64,000 bases of DNA from Candidatus Bathyarchaeota archaeon B24 (GTDB lineage: Archaea > Thermoproteota > CALKCG01 > B24): contig LUCB01000012.1 of NCBI GenBank assembly GCA_001593865.1, positions 2,485 to 66,484 on the forward strand, written 5' to 3'. Each line of letters begins with the position of its first letter. Position 1 is the stretch's first letter. The notes below the pieces were generated by a model, which was not told the DNA's origin, made no database searches, and was given only the letters and a program-made list of their open reading frames with translations. This document shows, piece after piece, positions 48,908 through 58,804 of this stretch. The translations under genes were made by a program, and so were the position numbers.

Positions 48908-50191
48908 TTGACGGTTATCGAGAACGTTGTATGTCCGTTCTGTGGATGCTGCTGCGACGACTTGGAGGTCGAGGTCGATGCGAATAGGATAGTAAGCGTA
49001 AAGAACGCGTGTGCCTTAGGAAGGGGTAAGTTCCTGAGCATAAACGAGCATAGGTTGCTTAACCCCCTGGTCAAGATGGGTGATGGGCAAGTCGAAGTGG
49101 GCTTAGAAGATGCCGTCGGCAGGGTCGCCGATATGCTCGAGGAATCGGTTTATCCCGTCTTCTACGGGTTCGGCTGCGCGAGCTGCGAGGCTATAAAGCT
49201 ATGCTTAGAGATGGCCGACAGGCTCGGCGGGTTGATAGATAACATAGCCGTGGTATGCCACGGTCCTACGATACTCGGGCTTCAAGACATGGGTATGCCG
49301 TCTGCTACCCTAGGCCAGGTTAGACATAGGGCTGACCTCATAATCTACTGGGGCTGTAACCCGGCTGAGGCTCATCCAAGGCATATGATGCGTTACGGCC
49401 CGCTCTCCAAAGGCCGGTTCGTGCCTGATAGGCGGCATAGGAAGGTCGTGGTCGTCGATATCCGTAGGACTCCCACGGCTAGGGCCGCAGACCTGTTTCT
49501 GCAGGTTCAGCCTAACAGCGACTTCGAGGTTTTAACGGCTTTAAGAAGCCTAGTTAACGGCTTCGACTTGGAGGTCGACGAGGTAGGAGGTGTCCCCGTC
49601 GATATGCTTGAGAAGCTTGCCGATATGATGGTCGAGGCTAGGTTTGGAGCCCTGTTCTTCGGGCTGGGGCTGACTATGAGCTACGGTAGAGAGCGTAACA
49701 TCGAGGCAGCCGTAGCCTTGGTGAGGGACCTGAATAAGAAGACGAAGTTCGTCATGATACCTATGAGAGGGCATTTTAACGTCACAGGTGCCAACGAGGT
49801 TTTCACGTGGCAGACCGGATACCCGTTCTGCGTAGACTTCTCGATGGGTTATCCCAGGTATAATCCGGGTGAAACCTCCGCGGTGGACGTTATGGCTAGG
49901 GGGGAGTGCGACGTATTGTTCGTCGTAGGCGCCGACCCATACAGCCATCTACCCCGTAGCATACTCGAGAAGCTTAAGGATGTGAAAGTCATCGTCTTAG
50001 ACCCCCACATAACTCCCACGGTTAAGGCGGCTGACATAGCCATACCGGTGGCTCACGTAGGCGTCGAGGCGTCTGGAACCGTCTATAGGATGGACGGGGT
50101 CCCCTTGACGCTTAAAAAGGTTGTCGAGCCGCCACCCGGTATACCGTCAGATGTCGATGTTCTTAAGTCTATACTCAGGAGGTTGGTGTAG
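48908..50191 (+). CDS. fwdB: Formylmethanofuran dehydrogenase subunit B (Cys, not Sec, form)
   Basis: CPFCGCCCDD, VCHGP, WGCNP..AHPRH, MRGHFNV, YRMDGV. Confidence 0.94.
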   Translation: MTVIENVVCPFCGCCCDDLEVEVDANRIVSVKNACALGRGKFLSINEHRLLNPLVKMGDGQVEVGLEDAVGRVADMLEESVYPVFYGFGCASCEAIKLCLEMADRLGGLIDNIAVVCHGPTILGLQDMGMPSATLGQVRHRADLIIYWGCNPAEAHPRHMMRYGPLSKGRFVPDRRHRKVVVVDIRRTPTARAADLFLQVQPNSDFEVLTALRSLVNGFDLEVDEVGGVPVDMLEKLADMMVEARFGALFFGLGLTMSYGRERNIEAAVALVRDLNKKTKFVMIPMRGHFNVTGANEVFTWQTGYPFCVDFSMGYPRYNPGETSAVDVMARGECDVLFVVGADPYSHLPRSILEKLKDVKVIVLDPHITPTVKAADIAIPVAHVGVEASGTVYRMDGVPLTLKKVVEPPPGIPSDVDVLKSILRRLV

Positions 50192-51895
50192 ATGGTTGCT
50201 AAACTCCTTATAAAGAACGGTTTCGTCTACGACCCGTTGAACGGTGTAGACGGGGAGGTCATGGACATAGCTATAGAAAACGGGAAGATAGTGGAGGATG
50301 TCAGCGGAAGCGACGTCAAAGTCATAGACGCATCGGGTATGGTAGTTATGCCCGGAGGGGTCGATATACACAGCCACATAGCCGGCTCCAAGGTCAACTC
50401 AGGTAGAGCACTTAGGCCGGAGGATCATTATGGAGACTATGAGCCTCGTAGACCCGGCTTCAGGTCCGGTGTGGGGTACACCGTACCCTCGACCTTCACG
50501 ATAGGCTACCGATACGTCAAGATGGGCTATACGACCGTCTTCGAACCGGCTACCCCTATGCTCAAGCAGAAGCACACTATAGAGGAGTTGAACGACATAC
50601 CGATCCTAGATAAGGCCTCCTTCCCGCTTGTCGGGGACTGCTGGTTCGTCCTAGAGTACCTCGAAGAAGGTAAACTCAAGGAGTGTGCAGCGTATATAGC
50701 TTGGCTGCTTAAGGCGATCAAGGGATACGCCCTCAAGATAGTCAACCCTGGTGGGTTGGAGGCTTGGGGCTGGGGACGCAACGTGGAGGGGTTGGATGAC
50801 CAGATCCCAGGCTTCAGTCTAACCCCGAGGGAGCTTGTGAGGGGTCTATGTAGGGTCAATAAGATGCTTAATCTCCCCCATCCGATTCACGTCCACGCCA
50901 ATAGGCTGGGTAGGCCTGGCAACTATACGACTCTGATAGAGACTATGGACTGCGTCAGAGACCTCTACGAAGGAGATAAACCCGTCATATATCTGACTCA
51001 CTGTCAGTTCAACTCGTATACCGGTGAAAGCTGGATCGACCTAGGCTCAGGAGCGGCTGAAGTCGCGGACTACGTAAACAAGCATCCGCATGTACTCATC
51101 GACATAGGTCAAGTGATATTCTCGGAAGCCACGACCATGACGGCCGACGGCCCGTTCCAGTTCCAGCTTCACTTGCTGACGGATAACAAGTGGATCAACG
51201 CCGACGTAGAGGCGGAGTCTACGGCCGGTATAGTGCCGTTCAGGTTCAGGAGAAAGAACTACGTGCATGCAGTTCAGTGGATAACCGGTCTTGAACTCGC
51301 ATTGTCTATTAAAGACCCGTGGCGGATGTTTCTGACGACCGACCATCCTAACGCCGGGCCCTTCACCGAGTATCCGAGGGTTATCGCTTGGCTCATAAGC
51401 CGTAGAGCTAGGGAGGCTACGATCAAGCGGGTTAACGGTAGAGCGATCAGGAGGAGCATATTGGAGAGCCTAGACAGAGAATACAGCCTCTACGAGATAG
51501 CGGTAATCACCAGAGCTGGGACGGCTAAGGCGCTTGGGTTGGAGTCTAAGGGGCATCTAGGCGTAGGCGCCGACGCCGACGTAGCGGTCTACGATATAAA
51601 CCCGAGAGAGCTTGATATCTCCAGGGACTATAGACGGGTCAGAAGAGCCTTCAGAAGAGCCGCCTATACGATCAAGGCGGGTGAGATAGTGTGCGTAAAC
51701 GGCGAGCTGGTTAAAAACATGGAAGGTTCGATATACTGGGTTAAGCCAAGCATATCAAGCGACCTCGAGGAGTCTGTCGTCTCAGATATCCGCCGTAAGT
51801 TCAGAGAATATTACACGGTAGAGTTTGAGAACTACCTAGTAGGAGAGGAGTATCTACCCCGTTCAGTGGCCATAGAGGTTGAGGGAGGTGTGTAG
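50192..51895 (+). CDS. fwdA: Formylmethanofuran dehydrogenase subunit A
   Basis: GGVDIHSHIAG, KIVNPGG, TTDHPNAGPF. Confidence 0.95.
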   Translation: MVAKLLIKNGFVYDPLNGVDGEVMDIAIENGKIVEDVSGSDVKVIDASGMVVMPGGVDIHSHIAGSKVNSGRALRPEDHYGDYEPRRPGFRSGVGYTVPSTFTIGYRYVKMGYTTVFEPATPMLKQKHTIEELNDIPILDKASFPLVGDCWFVLEYLEEGKLKECAAYIAWLLKAIKGYALKIVNPGGLEAWGWGRNVEGLDDQIPGFSLTPRELVRGLCRVNKMLNLPHPIHVHANRLGRPGNYTTLIETMDCVRDLYEGDKPVIYLTHCQFNSYTGESWIDLGSGAAEVADYVNKHPHVLIDIGQVIFSEATTMTADGPFQFQLHLLTDNKWINADVEAESTAGIVPFRFRRKNYVHAVQWITGLELALSIKDPWRMFLTTDHPNAGPFTEYPRVIAWLISRRAREATIKRVNGRAIRRSILESLDREYSLYEIAVITRAGTAKALGLESKGHLGVGADADVAVYDINPRELDISRDYRRVRRAFRRAAYTIKAGEIVCVNGELVKNMEGSIYWVKPSISSDLEESVVSDIRRKFREYYTVEFENYLVGEEYLPRSVAIEVEGGV

Positions 51896-51896
51896 G

Positions 51897-52736
51897 TTGA
51901 AGGTTTACAGGATAACCCCTGCTTACGAGTTCAAATATCCCGTTCAAGCCGATGTATTGAAGCCTGAGCTGTTCGAGGAAAAGCCTCTCGAAGAAATCCT
52001 CAGCATAGAGGTATACGAGGGTAGGAGAAAACGTCTCCTAGGCGAGCTGTTCAAGGTCGAAGAGACCGGAGAGTCCGAGGAGACGACCTTGGAACTCATC
52101 GGTGACTTTTCCAAGGTTCGTAGAGTGGGTAAGGGGATGACTAAGGGAGTCGTCAAGGTTAAAGGCGTGGCCGGTATAGGCTTTGGAGAGGGTATGCGTG
52201 GCGGTAAGCTCGTGGTCGAAGGCTCCGCTGGTCCATGGTTAGGGGCTAAAATGCGCGGTGGCCTCATAGAGGCTCATGGGAACGTCGGGGACTTCCTAGG
52301 AGGCGCCTATAGGGGTGAAACCGTCGGCATGCGTGGTGGCGCTATAATAGTCCACGGAGACGCTGGGTGGAGCGTAGGGTACAAGATGCGGGACGGGCTG
52401 ATAATAGTCGAAGGAAACGCCGGGGGTTTTCTAGGGACCCACATGACCGGTGGGACGATAGGGGTTAAGGGAGAATGCGGCAGAGGGGTCGGGGCTTTCA
52501 TGAAAGCCGGTAAGATAGTCGTGGTCGGCTATATCCCATCGATCCTGCCGAGCTTCAGCTTCGAAGAGACCCGGCCTAGGGTTAAGCTCGGAGCTGAAAG
52601 GGTTAAGGGTCCACTCTACCTCTTTATAGGAGACTTGAACGAAAAAGGCTCGGGGAGGCTCTTCGTCCACGCCGAAGCTAACAAACATCTATCGTCCTAC
52701 GAACGATTCATAGAGGAGTTCTCAGAAGAGCTTTAG
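51897..52736 (+). CDS. fwdC: Formylmethanofuran dehydrogenase subunit C
   Basis: Repeated GxxMxGG beta-helix motifs; end of the fwd operon. Confidence 0.93.
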   Translation: MKVYRITPAYEFKYPVQADVLKPELFEEKPLEEILSIEVYEGRRKRLLGELFKVEETGESEETTLELIGDFSKVRRVGKGMTKGVVKVKGVAGIGFGEGMRGGKLVVEGSAGPWLGAKMRGGLIEAHGNVGDFLGGAYRGETVGMRGGAIIVHGDAGWSVGYKMRDGLIIVEGNAGGFLGTHMTGGTIGVKGECGRGVGAFMKAGKIVVVGYIPSILPSFSFEETRPRVKLGAERVKGPLYLFIGDLNEKGSGRLFVHAEANKHLSSYERFIEEFSEEL

Positions 52737-52808
52737 AGACGATTTTACATAATCCACCCTACGTCCATTTATTTTATCCCACGACTTTAAATCTCTATCT
52801 CGACGGGT

Positions 52809-53576
52809 CTACAGTTGCTCCATGATTTTCTTAAGGTTCTCTAGGCATCTTCTCACACATTCGAGCGGTGGATATGCATAGCTTTCCTGCTCTATGATGT
52901 ACCACTCCGTGCCTCCGACGGTTTCACATAGCTTGAGAAACTCCCTCCACTTCATCTCCCCCTCACCTATCAGAGCCTTGGGGTTTGTAGACGAGTACTC
53001 CTTGAGATGGACGGTCATAGCTCTCCCAGGGTATCTCTTTATGATCTCGAGCACCCCGTCGCTGGTAACTCCTCCATACATCGCGTTACCCGTGTCAAGC
53101 TGCATGACGACCTCGGGAACTGTGGCTTTGAAGAATATATCCCATGGAGTCTCCCCGTTCATGGGTTTAAACTCTATATGGTGGTTATGATAGCCTACAT
53201 ACATTCCTTCAGGCTTTAGCTTCTCAGCGATCTCGTTGAACAATTTAGCCGTTTTAAGCCAGGCTTCTTTAGAGTTCCTCATGTTCTCCGGTAGCCAAGG
53301 CACTATGAGAAACTTGTTACCCAGAACGCGGTTGAACTCGATCGTCTTCTCCAACTCGTCTCCAAGTAAGGTGTCGATGGCTATGTGCGTCCCCGCGACC
53401 TTTAACCCCAGCTCGTCTAGTATTCTCCTAAGCTCCTCGGCGCTTCGCCCGTAGTAGCCTGCAAACTCCACTCCATCATAACCCATGTCTGCGACGGCTT
53501 TAAGGGTCTTCTCGAGGTCACGGGCGCAGTCTTCACGAACCGAGTAAAGCTGTAACGCTATAGGGATCTTACCCAT
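52809..53576 (-). CDS. Sugar phosphate isomerase/epimerase (xylose isomerase-like TIM barrel)
   Basis: LQLYSVR, GYDGVEFAG, YHNH..EF, QLDTGN, HLKE, IIEQE. Confidence 0.88.
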   Translation of the reverse strand: MGKIPIALQLYSVREDCARDLEKTLKAVADMGYDGVEFAGYYGRSAEELRRILDELGLKVAGTHIAIDTLLGDELEKTIEFNRVLGNKFLIVPWLPENMRNSKEAWLKTAKLFNEIAEKLKPEGMYVGYHNHHIEFKPMNGETPWDIFFKATVPEVVMQLDTGNAMYGGVTSDGVLEIIKRYPGRAMTVHLKEYSSTNPKALIGEGEMKWREFLKLCETVGGTEWYIIEQESYAYPPLECVRRCLENLKKIMEQL

Positions 53577-53688
53577 ACGACCACACACTCCGTTTCAAAG
53601 TAAAGCCCCCCAGAGTTTTAACGCTTACGCTCCTAAAGCCACGTAACGTTTATTACCCCCAACTGTACCATATCTCCGGGGTCTCACC

Positions 53689-54667
53689 ATGAAGTGTTTT
53701 TAGCTTCGCCGTATGGATTCTGACAGCTAGATGCAACCTTAACTGTATCCACTGCTACACGTCCTGGATGAGACGTTTCGAAGAGCTTCCGAGAAGGAAA
53801 CGTATGGAGGTCGCCCACAAGCTCGCGTCGATTTCGCATCACGTTTCTCTAACGGGCGGCGAACCTTTGGTTTTAAAGGATGAGCTGAAGGAGATAATCG
53901 AGACGCTCGTGGAAAACTACGGTGTCACCGTTTCTATGGTCTCAAACATGACTTTAGCCGACGCTGATATGATGAAGTTTCTAGCAGATAAAGAGGTGTA
54001 CCTATATGTATCCGTCGAATCCGCGTCGAGGAAGACTCATGAAACTGTGAGACCCGGCTCTTGGGATAGGCTCGTCAAGGGTCTCGCTATTCTCAGGGAT
54101 CTCGGGGTCGAATACTCGACTGTGACGACCGTGAACCGGATAAACTACTCTGAAGCGTGGAAAGTCCTCGAATTCGCCGATAAATTCGGTGCTGAGTATT
54201 CTTGCTATATTCCCGTGATCCCGGTCGGTAGGGCCGCGGAGACGAGGGTTATGCCCACTCCTAACCAGCTACTAGAGGCGTTTAGGAAGGTCGTCGACGA
54301 AGCGGATAGAGGAGGGTACTATGCCAAATTCTGGTGTAGCCCAGTTCTTAAGCCCTACAGGTCTTCCCGAAACGTCTTCGTTTATGGATGCTCTAGGGGT
54401 GCTTTAGATGTCGCTCCGAACGGCGACATATTGCTATGTGATACGATGGATATAGTGATATCTAACATATTTAAAGAGCCTAAAGAGATCGTTTGGGACT
54501 GCGAGGAAAGCCCCCAGGTAAAACTGTTTGAGTCGATTCCGGAGGAATGCCTCGACTGCCGCTTCAAAGATATTTGTCGGGGTGGCTGTAGGTCTAGGGC
54601 TTACAACGTCTACGGTTCCATGCTTAAACCCGACCCGCTATGCCCGATGCTGTATGGAAATACATAA
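53689..54667 (+). CDS. Radical SAM/SPASM protein with a +1 frameshift near the start (T5 run, 53697-53701)
   Basis: CNLNCIHC motif lies upstream of the called ATG; LTGGEP; SPASM CxxC..IC.GGC..RA...DPLC. Confidence 0.75.
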
Positions 54668-54672
54668 AGGGG

Positions 54673-55179
54673 CTACCAGCATTTGAATCCTTTAAACACG
54701 TTGTTGCCCATGTTGAACAGTACGGGCTTATCCTCCTCAGACACGTAGGCCGTAAGGATCTCGCCGACGAAGATGGTATGGTCTCCGGTGTCGAGAGATG
54801 CCACGACCCTACACTCCATATTGACGGTCGCCTCTCCTATCAGCGGAGGCTTGACGTACTTAGCTTTTACAGGCGTAAGCCCCGTGGCTTTAAACTTATC
54901 GACATCCCTGCCCGAGCGGGTTCCGCAAAACATGATGGCGTCTTCCATACCCTCACTCGGGAATGCTACCACAAACTCTCGCGTCTCAGATATGAGCTTA
55001 TGGCTGTATCTTCCATGGCCTATCGATATGGCTACCATAGGCGGATTACCCGAAGTAGGCATGTTCCAACCCAGCGTTATGATGTTGGGTCTACCCTCCC
55101 TGTCCACCGAGACCACCAGAACTGTTCTCTCAGGATACTTACGTCTCCAGGCTTCCTCTACTGATACCTCTTTCAGCAT
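54673..55179 (-). CDS. Flavin reductase-like (flavoredoxin) protein
   Basis: PPMVAISI, CGTRSGRDVDKF, GDHTIFVGE. Confidence 0.9.
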   Translation of the reverse strand: MLKEVSVEEAWRRKYPERTVLVVSVDREGRPNIITLGWNMPTSGNPPMVAISIGHGRYSHKLISETREFVVAFPSEGMEDAIMFCGTRSGRDVDKFKATGLTPVKAKYVKPPLIGEATVNMECRVVASLDTGDHTIFVGEILTAYVSEEDKPVLFNMGNNVFKGFKCW

Positions 55180-55351
55180 AGACCTCGCACCTCTAAAGAT
55201 ACTTAGGTGGAGCTGTTTAAAAATAACTATTATATTCGTCGGAGAGATGGTATGGCGTCGGTTCGCCCGTCTGGCTTCATAGCATAGGCTCAGTAGACTC
55301 TCTTATCATCATCCGCCGTATAACCTAGAGGGCGTCTAGTGTTAAAAAACG

Positions 55352-55756
55352 TTAGGGTATTTCTAAAACCTCAAACCCCTCTTCTTCGAGGGCTTTAGCT
55401 ATGAACCTTCTATGGCAATACCTCTGTTTCCGTTCGAGACACATGATGCATGTTCTTCTTATGGCTGCTTCCTCGATAAGTCTCTTGAGTCCTCTTTTAA
55501 AATCGTCGGTCTTCATGTAATTCTCGAATCCTCCAGTCCTATATCCTCCCAAGAGGTCTCCAAGCCAGAGATAGGCTATTCCCTTTTTCGCTAAAATCTC
55601 AGCAAGCCTATCCCTCCTATACGCTTCAAACTTGGATACCGGAAACCTCCTGATGTCTACGACAAGCTCTATACGGTTCTCTCTGAGCTTTTCTAGAAAC
55701 TCCTCGATGCTTCTACCCGAGTAGCCTATACACCACACGCGTCTAATCGAGGACAC
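55352..55756 (-). CDS. DUF488 family protein; start may be ATT at 55747
   Basis: IGYSGR, VDIRRFP.S, LGG, MCLE....CHR. Confidence 0.88.
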   Translation of the reverse strand: MSSIRRVWCIGYSGRSIEEFLEKLRENRIELVVDIRRFPVSKFEAYRRDRLAEILAKKGIAYLWLGDLLGGYRTGGFENYMKTDDFKRGLKRLIEEAAIRRTCIMCLERKQRYCHRRFIAKALEEEGFEVLEIP

Positions 55757-56059
55757 CTCCTAACGCGGATAGGTTCCAAACCTCCTAGCGGCTCAGCATA
55801 GCCTAATAATTCTCCAGATACGACGTTATAATGTACGGTATTGCTCGAGCTTAAGAATATGACCCCCACCAGGCGAAGTAGCCTCTATGACGTTTAAGTT
55901 TTCACGCTCAACACTACCTCATAGACAACGGGGGTCTATCCAGAATCTTAGACCCTACCGGAGTATCTATACCGAGTTTTAACGATTTTAGCGGACTACG
56001 TGGTTGGTCGTGAAAACCGTAATATAGAGGCTTTCTGGAATTATCGGATCGGTGGCTTT

Positions 56060-57052
56060 ATGGTTGTCAGAATCGGTTTAATAGGCTGCGGAGGTATAAG
56101 TAGAGAGCACATCTCCGCCTATCTTAAGCTTAAGGGGAAGGCGGAGGTAGTGGCTACGGCGGATTTAGTGGAGGAGAGGGCTATGAACGCGGCTCGAGCC
56201 GTAGGGGCTGAAACCCATTATACAGATTACCGCGACATCCTCAAGAGGCCTGACATCGACGCGGTCGACATATGCTTACCTCATCATCTCCACGCTAAAG
56301 TAGCGGTAGAGGCGGCTGAGGCCGGTAAGCACATACTTTGTGAGAAGCCTATAGCGAGAAGCCTCGAAGAAGCCGATTCGATGATCGACGCCGCTAGACG
56401 ATATGGCGTTAAGCTTATGATAGCCGAGAACTGGCGGTTCCTATCTCAGGTTAACGTCGCTAAACAGGTCGTCGAAAACGGGGAGCTTGGAACGGTGTTC
56501 CTAGTTAAGAGCGACCTCATATCTTTCCCGAGAGACCTGGTCTCGAGCGGTTGGAAGCTCTATGCCGAAAAAGTCGGAGGAGGTGTTTCGATAGACTCGG
56601 GAATCCACAACGTGGACATGGTCAGGTGGGTGATAGGGGAGGTTAAGACCGTGACGGCCTTCACGAATAGGCTTATCAGAACGGAAATAACGGGTGAAGA
56701 CACCGGCTGCATACTGTTTAAACATGTTTCGGACGCCATAAGTGTCTTGGCTCTTACATGGGCTGCTAGGTTCAGCGCCGATAGAGAGTATCCGCTTAAG
56801 ATATACGGTTCAGAAGGTGCCTTTGCATGGTCTGCGTGGGATGGCTACGTGGTCGTTTACAAAGACGGGAAACGTAGAGTGATCGAGACTAAACCGTTCT
56901 CTGAGAGCTTTAAAGCCGAGATAGAGCATTTCGTGACTTGTATAGAGTCTGATAGAACTCCTCTTACATGTGGGGAGGAGGCTAGAAGAGACCTTCAACT
57001 AGTCCTAGCCGCTTACGAATCCGCTAAGACCGGTAAAGCCGTGAAGGTTTAG
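56060..57052 (+). CDS. Gfo/Idh/MocA family oxidoreductase
   Basis: IGCGGIS, HILCEKP, GGG..IDSGIH. Confidence 0.92.
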   Translation: MVVRIGLIGCGGISREHISAYLKLKGKAEVVATADLVEERAMNAARAVGAETHYTDYRDILKRPDIDAVDICLPHHLHAKVAVEAAEAGKHILCEKPIARSLEEADSMIDAARRYGVKLMIAENWRFLSQVNVAKQVVENGELGTVFLVKSDLISFPRDLVSSGWKLYAEKVGGGVSIDSGIHNVDMVRWVIGEVKTVTAFTNRLIRTEITGEDTGCILFKHVSDAISVLALTWAARFSADREYPLKIYGSEGAFAWSAWDGYVVVYKDGKRRVIETKPFSESFKAEIEHFVTCIESDRTPLTCGEEARRDLQLVLAAYESAKTGKAVKV

Positions 57053-57111
57053 TTTTGAACGGGAATTTACGGTCAAGATTTATCTACTTCCTCCTATCTT
57101 GTATTTTGTGA

Positions 57112-57555
57112 ATGGTTGTTTTAGAGCCTGCTGGTAGCTTGGTGAAGCGTATAAAGCAGGTGTATGACAGGGATAGGGAGGGCTGGAGGATCTTAGCCGG
57201 TTTAGACGGAGGTGGTCGGCTAGACCTTTACATAGCCTATAGAAACAAGTTATTATGGAAGCTGAAGTCTAAGCCTGTTAATCCCTTCAGCTATCTATCC
57301 GTCGGGGCTGAGGTCAGAGACCTGAATTACGAGATTATCGAGGAGCTTCTGAGAACCGGTAGACCGTTTAGCTTTCAAGCGCTCTTTCCCCAAAACGACG
57401 TCCAATCCATAGTCATGCTGGGTCTAGGCCGGTACATTCAGGAGCGTAAAACCCCGGTCTCGGAATCTGAGCAAAGGCTAGATAGAATTCTCACCGAGAA
57501 GGTCGAAGAACTCTTCAGCAAGATGTATCCTGAGAGGAAAACCCCCTATGTCTAG
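57112..57555 (+). CDS. Hypothetical protein
   Basis: 147-aa ORF with typical codon usage and an upstream TTTATC box; no recognisable motif. Confidence 0.6.
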   Translation: MVVLEPAGSLVKRIKQVYDRDREGWRILAGLDGGGRLDLYIAYRNKLLWKLKSKPVNPFSYLSVGAEVRDLNYEIIEELLRTGRPFSFQALFPQNDVQSIVMLGLGRYIQERKTPVSESEQRLDRILTEKVEELFSKMYPERKTPYV

Positions 57556-57571
57556 ATCCCTGACATCGTGG

Positions 57572-58252
57572 TCACAGGTTTAGCGTCTTAAAGAAGCTCT
57601 TATACAGGGCTAATTCCTCGAGGAAATTTCTGAGCTCTGTTATCTGCACTATAGGTATTCCCTCGTAAATCCTCGACCTCGGTTTAAACAGAGTTACTAG
57701 AACCGGTAGTATCCACCATCCCTTAGACGGCTTAGGGTCGAGCTTTAGACGTTTCAAAGCTTGTTTAAAGGCTTCGGCTCTGCTAAGCTCCTCCCGGGCC
57801 GCTTTCCTAAGTATGGACCAGTTTTGCCTTAGGTGATGTTTACAGTTCAAGCATAACACGGTAGGCTTCTTCAAAGCCAGTATATCGATCTCCCATCTCC
57901 TACCCATGCTCTTGAACCTGAAGCCCCTGTAAACTATGTATCCGTATGCCTCAAGTATGGACGCCGTAAACCTTTCGAACTCTCTCCAATCTAAGTACCT
58001 CGCCACATAGGATATGTCTGCGCCTAGATTAAGGCATAACACGGCTATCTGAATCCTATCATCCTCCCCTATCCTCACCTTTCCATCCTCAAAGTCGACT
58101 AAGTCTTTAACGCTGGATAAAACGTCTTCAACCACGTCTTTAGGTATGCCTGTTTCTCTGCTTAACCTGCTTAAGCTTAGTTCTTCACCTATCTTTGCTT
58201 TCAGAAAGGCCTTTAGGATTTCGCGTTTGACCATCTGATCCGGATTCCTCAA
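57572..58252 (-). CDS. wHTH + PD-(D/E)xK restriction endonuclease-like (Mrr/NERD) protein
   Basis: LDWREFE, EIDILA....LCLNCKH. Confidence 0.65.
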   Translation of the reverse strand: MRNPDQMVKREILKAFLKAKIGEELSLSRLSRETGIPKDVVEDVLSSVKDLVDFEDGKVRIGEDDRIQIAVLCLNLGADISYVARYLDWREFERFTASILEAYGYIVYRGFRFKSMGRRWEIDILALKKPTVLCLNCKHHLRQNWSILRKAAREELSRAEAFKQALKRLKLDPKPSKGWWILPVLVTLFKPRSRIYEGIPIVQITELRNFLEELALYKSFFKTLNL

Positions 58253-58303
58253 CGGCTAACATATATATGTGAGGTTTTTATAAAATTAGGTATCGAAGTT
58301 GTA

Positions 58304-58753
58304 ATGGAACTTGATAACGTAGACAAGGGGATTTTAAGCTTTCTTCAAGATAACGCCAGGTCTAGCTTCGTGAAGATCGCTAGGAAGATCGGTGTGAGCG
58401 AGGGAACGGTGCATCTGAGGGTTAGAAAGCTCTTAGAAAAAGGGATCATACGCGGTTTCTATGCGATAGTGAACCCTGAGAAGGTGGGCCTAGCTATCAG
58501 GGCTTTCATAGGCCTACAGGCTGAGCCTGCTATGTATGAAAACATCTTGAAGAAGCTGGCCGAGATGGACAGCGTCTACGCGATATACGATGTAACGGGC
58601 GAGTACTCGGCGCTGATAGACGTTAAAGTCAGGAATAAGGAAGAGCTCACCAAGGTCATAGACTTGGTCGGCTCTATACCCGGCGTCAAAACCACCGTGA
58701 CCATGCTGGTTTTAAGGGTTATAAAGGAGAAGTTTAAGGTCGAAATACCGTAA
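58304..58753 (+). CDS. Lrp/AsnC family transcriptional regulator
   Basis: LDNVDKGIL..LQDNAR, GVSEGTV..RV..L, VTGEY. Confidence 0.93.
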   Translation: MELDNVDKGILSFLQDNARSSFVKIARKIGVSEGTVHLRVRKLLEKGIIRGFYAIVNPEKVGLAIRAFIGLQAEPAMYENILKKLAEMDSVYAIYDVTGEYSALIDVKVRNKEELTKVIDLVGSIPGVKTTVTMLVLRVIKEKFKVEIP

Positions 58754-58804
58754 AAGATAGTGTTTCAAAAAAGTACATTATATACGATAGATTCTCCATG
58801 TAGG

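Noticed and set aside
49240..49270. Selenocysteine in FwdB
   Set aside because: The active-site codon is TGC (VCHGP) and the frame has no in-frame TGA
51897..52736. Gly-rich repeats as a tandem repeat element
   Set aside because: Normal FwdC beta-helix repeats
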